Shown here: in pieces, positions 50,882-53,407 of the stretch
Numbering within the stretch: position 1 is the first letter of the stretch
Layout of the letters: each line of letters begins with the position of its first letter
Assembly (NCBI GenBank): GCA_030631085.1
Contig: DAOVLV010000001.1
Location: forward strand, 1-53,407
Direction of reading: 5' to 3'
Length of the DNA: 53,407 bases
Source of the DNA: Planctomycetales bacterium
GTDB lineage: Bacteria; Planctomycetota; Phycisphaerae; SM23-33
Notes under the pieces: model-generated
Told to the model about the DNA's origin: nothing
Seen by the model: the letters and a program-made list of their open reading frames with translations, nothing else
Databases searched by the model: none
Position numbers and translations under genes: made by a program

Positions 50882-52258
50882 ATGTCTAAAAATAAGGACG
50901 TTCGCAACGATCTGAAAGCGTATTTTCAGAAGATAGAAACATTATCTGTCCCCCATGAAACCCAATGGGTTAGTATTCGTCCCTGCCCACCGCTGTTCCC
51001 CAAATCGACTCAAGGTTTGATTGTAATCAAATACTCGGGCGAGAAACTTTTAATCCTCGGATGGTTCGGTCATCCATCATCCTGTTTGCTTCAATTTCCT
51101 CGAACATTCACCGCGTTGAAAGGAAAACTGGAAAATGGAGTAAGTGTTTCCTTGGAGCCATCCTATTCTATAGACTCCAAATTATATTGTGATAAGAACC
51201 CTCACCTTCAACTGTTTGCCTTTAGGCTTAGGAAACTAATCGTGGGCTCTCCTAGAAAGCTAGCTTCTCAAGCAACCTTTCGACTTGTCAACTTTGACTT
51301 AGAAATCGGGAATATCAGGAAGACAAAGACTGGTTACAGGAACTATCCACCGCTCTTGCGGTTCAAGCATGTGAATACCACATTTGTCGTCCGCGGAACG
51401 TCGAAGCCCAACCGTGATCCCCATGCTCCAGAATCTCAATATCATCTCTCGTCAAAATTGACTATAACTGCCAAAAGACCCCGGCCTTGGAAGGAACTTC
51501 AAGATGAGGGGTGGAAGATAACCAACCTGTTATCTTTGGCTTCTGCTAACCGTGTCGGGTATCTGGATATTGAATTTAGACCTGTGGGGATGGCAAAACC
51601 TTGGTCTATTGCTTATGACAGGTCTGTACCTCCCAATAAATCACGGCATGGTACAGTAACCTTTGGTACTGTATGCTTCTCCCTGACACGTATGTACCTG
51701 CCACGACTTCTGAAATGTGGAATTAAAAATATTGAAAACGCTCATTCAAACTACGGGTTTTTTCTTGCACTTCGACATTGGATCAACGCTCAGCATAGCA
51801 CAATCATACAAGAGAAATTGACCTCGTTATTCCAAGGATTTGAGACGTGTATGTCAGTTTTTAGAGCATCTGGGAATAAGATACCTTTGACGAGAAACGA
51901 GGCGGAAGAAAAGGCTTACCAATGGCTTATGAGCATTATGAAAGAAAAGTCTCCAAACAAACGCATTCGTATCACCTTAGAGCAATTGTTTAAAAGACCA
52001 CCCAGAGCCAAAACGGAAACACTACCGACACTCCTTGACTCATTGGGGTTGAAGGCGGATTTAGGATTCTGGGTGCGCAGAACGGACATGTTTCATCGTG
52101 GCGATATTAATAGGGACATTGGATTATCTGCTGTTGCCCAACACATGAAAGAAGCGGACGATCTCCTTGCCAGAATTCTATTGAGGAGCGTGGGCTATTC
52201 TGGAAAATATTTCCGCCTTGACACCGATGGATGGCCATGCGAAGGAAAGATACCTTAA
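50882..52258 (+). CDS. Rx4H-motif protein, HEPN/ApeA-like candidate (458 aa)
   Basis: C-terminal helical region with FWVRRTDMFHRGD (R-x4-H). AT-rich. Starts 25 nt after the comM stop. Confidence 0.4.
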   Translation: MSKNKDVRNDLKAYFQKIETLSVPHETQWVSIRPCPPLFPKSTQGLIVIKYSGEKLLILGWFGHPSSCLLQFPRTFTALKGKLENGVSVSLEPSYSIDSKLYCDKNPHLQLFAFRLRKLIVGSPRKLASQATFRLVNFDLEIGNIRKTKTGYRNYPPLLRFKHVNTTFVVRGTSKPNRDPHAPESQYHLSSKLTITAKRPRPWKELQDEGWKITNLLSLASANRVGYLDIEFRPVGMAKPWSIAYDRSVPPNKSRHGTVTFGTVCFSLTRMYLPRLLKCGIKNIENAHSNYGFFLALRHWINAQHSTIIQEKLTSLFQGFETCMSVFRASGNKIPLTRNEAEEKAYQWLMSIMKEKSPNKRIRITLEQLFKRPPRAKTETLPTLLDSLGLKADLGFWVRRTDMFHRGDINRDIGLSAVAQHMKEADDLLARILLRSVGYSGKYFRLDTDGWPCEGKIP

Positions 52259-52362
52259 CCTAAAGGCTGATGGCATGGTCGCGGTGTTTGTGACCACGTT
52301 TGTGTTCACCGGGGTCACAGCATCCGGCAAATCCAACCCGCCGAGTATAAAGGAAAAAGAAT

Positions 52363-52956
52363 ATGCTAGAGAATGAATTACACAGGGAAGAGAATATGAA
52401 ATTGCAGCTTATTAAAGATGCTCATACGTATTTGGAAGGGCGTATCAAGTTTGTTGATACTAAGGCAAGCTTTTTTATGGCAGTCCTGGGTGGTTTCTTT
52501 GCGATCATCGCTCTTTCGGCAAAAGAAATGTTATTATCAGTAGGTGCGAAAAGTGTGTCACCGACGATTGAGATTGGGTTTTACCTCCTGATGATCGTAA
52601 CCTTTCTTTTGGTGATCATAACGGTATGCTGTTTATTACAAACTATCCGACCCACAAGAAAATTTCTGCATATGACAATGGAGGTAAAACACACATCTGG
52701 CAAAGCACAGCATGTTATGTGGCCAAGTAAAGAAGGAGGTTGGCCCCAAGATCCAACGGATTTCGAAAAAAGAATTCAATCGCTTGATACGAATGGAATA
52801 TTAGCAAACTATGAGGAAACACTTTATGTGAGTCTTCAACTGATAAGGAATGTCTACAATCGTTATCGCGTTGCTGCTTTATTAATGAAATTTACCGTTG
52901 TGGTGAGCGGATCTCTTTTCTTCGCACTTCTTATTCTAAAACTGATAGGCGTCTAA
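52363..52956 (+). CDS. DUF5706/PycTM-like multi-TM protein
   Basis: ..LEGRIKFVDTKASFFMAVLGGFFAIIAL.., second TM IGFYLLMIVTFLLVIITVCCLL, C-terminal TM VVVSGSLFFALLILKLIGV. Confidence 0.5.
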   Translation: MLENELHREENMKLQLIKDAHTYLEGRIKFVDTKASFFMAVLGGFFAIIALSAKEMLLSVGAKSVSPTIEIGFYLLMIVTFLLVIITVCCLLQTIRPTRKFLHMTMEVKHTSGKAQHVMWPSKEGGWPQDPTDFEKRIQSLDTNGILANYEETLYVSLQLIRNVYNRYRVAALLMKFTVVVSGSLFFALLILKLIGV

Positions 52957-53074
52957 CCAAGTAGGGCGGGGCAACTCGTGCTACGTAGTAAACTATGTCG
53001 CAGAGTAGCATCGGCCCGCGGAACAAAATCGGAAACAATACAATTTTGTCATGGAAACCTAGGAGAAACAAATT

Positions 53075-53407
53075 ATGAAATGTCCGGCGTGTGGTAGAGA
53101 GTTGGTGGAAATGGTGGCTGGGAGTGTTACTGTTGATGTGTGCAAGGGCGGGTGCGGGGGCGTTTGGTTCGATAACTTCGAGTTGCAGAAGGTCGATAAT
53201 CAGAGCGAATCGGCCGGCGAGGCCCTGCTGGATGTCGAACGGGACGAAAACGTCCGCGTGGACCACGAGGCCCGCAAGAAATGCCCGAAGTGCGACGACC
53301 TTGTAATGATGCGGCATTTCTCCGGCGTCAAGAAGGAAGTCGAGGTCGATGAATGCCCCGGCTGTGGGGGCTTCTGGCTTGACTTCGGCGAGTTGGCGCA
53401 GATTCGC
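53075..53407 (+). CDS. TFIIB-type zinc-ribbon (zf-TFIIB) protein, two repeats, 3' end cut by window
   Basis: Own translation: MKCPACGRELVEM..VDVCKGGCGGVWFDNFEL...CPKCDDLVMM..VDECPGCGGFWLDFGELAQI. AGGAGA RBS. High GC. Confidence 0.7.
   Translation, partial: MKCPACGRELVEMVAGSVTVDVCKGGCGGVWFDNFELQKVDNQSESAGEALLDVERDENVRVDHEARKKCPKCDDLVMMRHFSGVKKEVEVDECPGCGGFWLDFGELAQIR

Noticed and set aside
50882-52956. A canonical Pycsar system
   Set aside because: No nucleotide cyclase domain is visible in the 458-aa partner or nearby. Only the effector-like TM protein fits.
52931-53317. 128-aa minus-strand ORF at the right edge
   Set aside because: The plus-strand frame from 53075 gives two clean zf-TFIIB-type repeats with an RBS. 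The minus ORF has no features.
1-53407. Reverse-transcriptase-based systems (retron, DGR, group II intron) and rRNA genes
   Set aside because: No ORF shows RT motifs (YxDD context), and no rRNA-like sequence was seen on either strand.

Overview
High-GC bacterial chromosome segment, mostly mobile DNA. A Planctomycetota-like origin is only my guess, from a DUF1580-like protein and the repeat style. (1) 1-31615 is a prophage read almost entirely on the minus strand. From the left edge it carries a tail-like gene, a membrane protein pair, a DUF2190-like protein, a prohead-protease/scaffold/major-capsid fusion, a lambda-type portal and a gpW-like protein. Next come a moron block (Zn-finger, Lys-rich protein, PLD-like nuclease, ParB-methyltransferase), the large terminase, an AT-rich spacer and a tyrosine integrase. 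The early region is rich in DNA-modification genes (radical SAM, MmcB-like nuclease, Dcm, Dam, DUF5131) and also holds a non-canonical tRNA-like gene, a destabilase-type lysozyme, a divergent XRE pair and a lipoprotein thermonuclease. The prophage ends at a tRNA-Ala(GGC) 3' fragment. (2) 31.7-36.3 kb is host DNA: a sugar-phosphate isomerase and a beta-propeller lipoprotein gene bracketed by a 164-bp direct repeat that duplicates the comM 5' end. (3) comM (yifB-type AAA+ competence gene) is split just after its Walker A motif by a 13.7-kb AT-richer island (about 36267-49965). The island has a large serine recombinase at its right edge, a PrimPol-helicase, a resolvase, a membrane thermonuclease, a catalytically degenerate M50-like protein and an uncharacterised 3-gene membrane operon. 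(4) Directly after comM, a 2-kb AT-rich islet encodes an Rx4H (HEPN/ApeA-like) protein plus a DUF5706/PycTM-like membrane protein with no cyclase. This is my top candidate for an undescribed defence pairing. The prophage also contains tandem heptamer arrays, nine near-identical C5/G5 hairpins and four exact copies of a 24-mer. All domain calls come from motif reading by eye; no searches were run.
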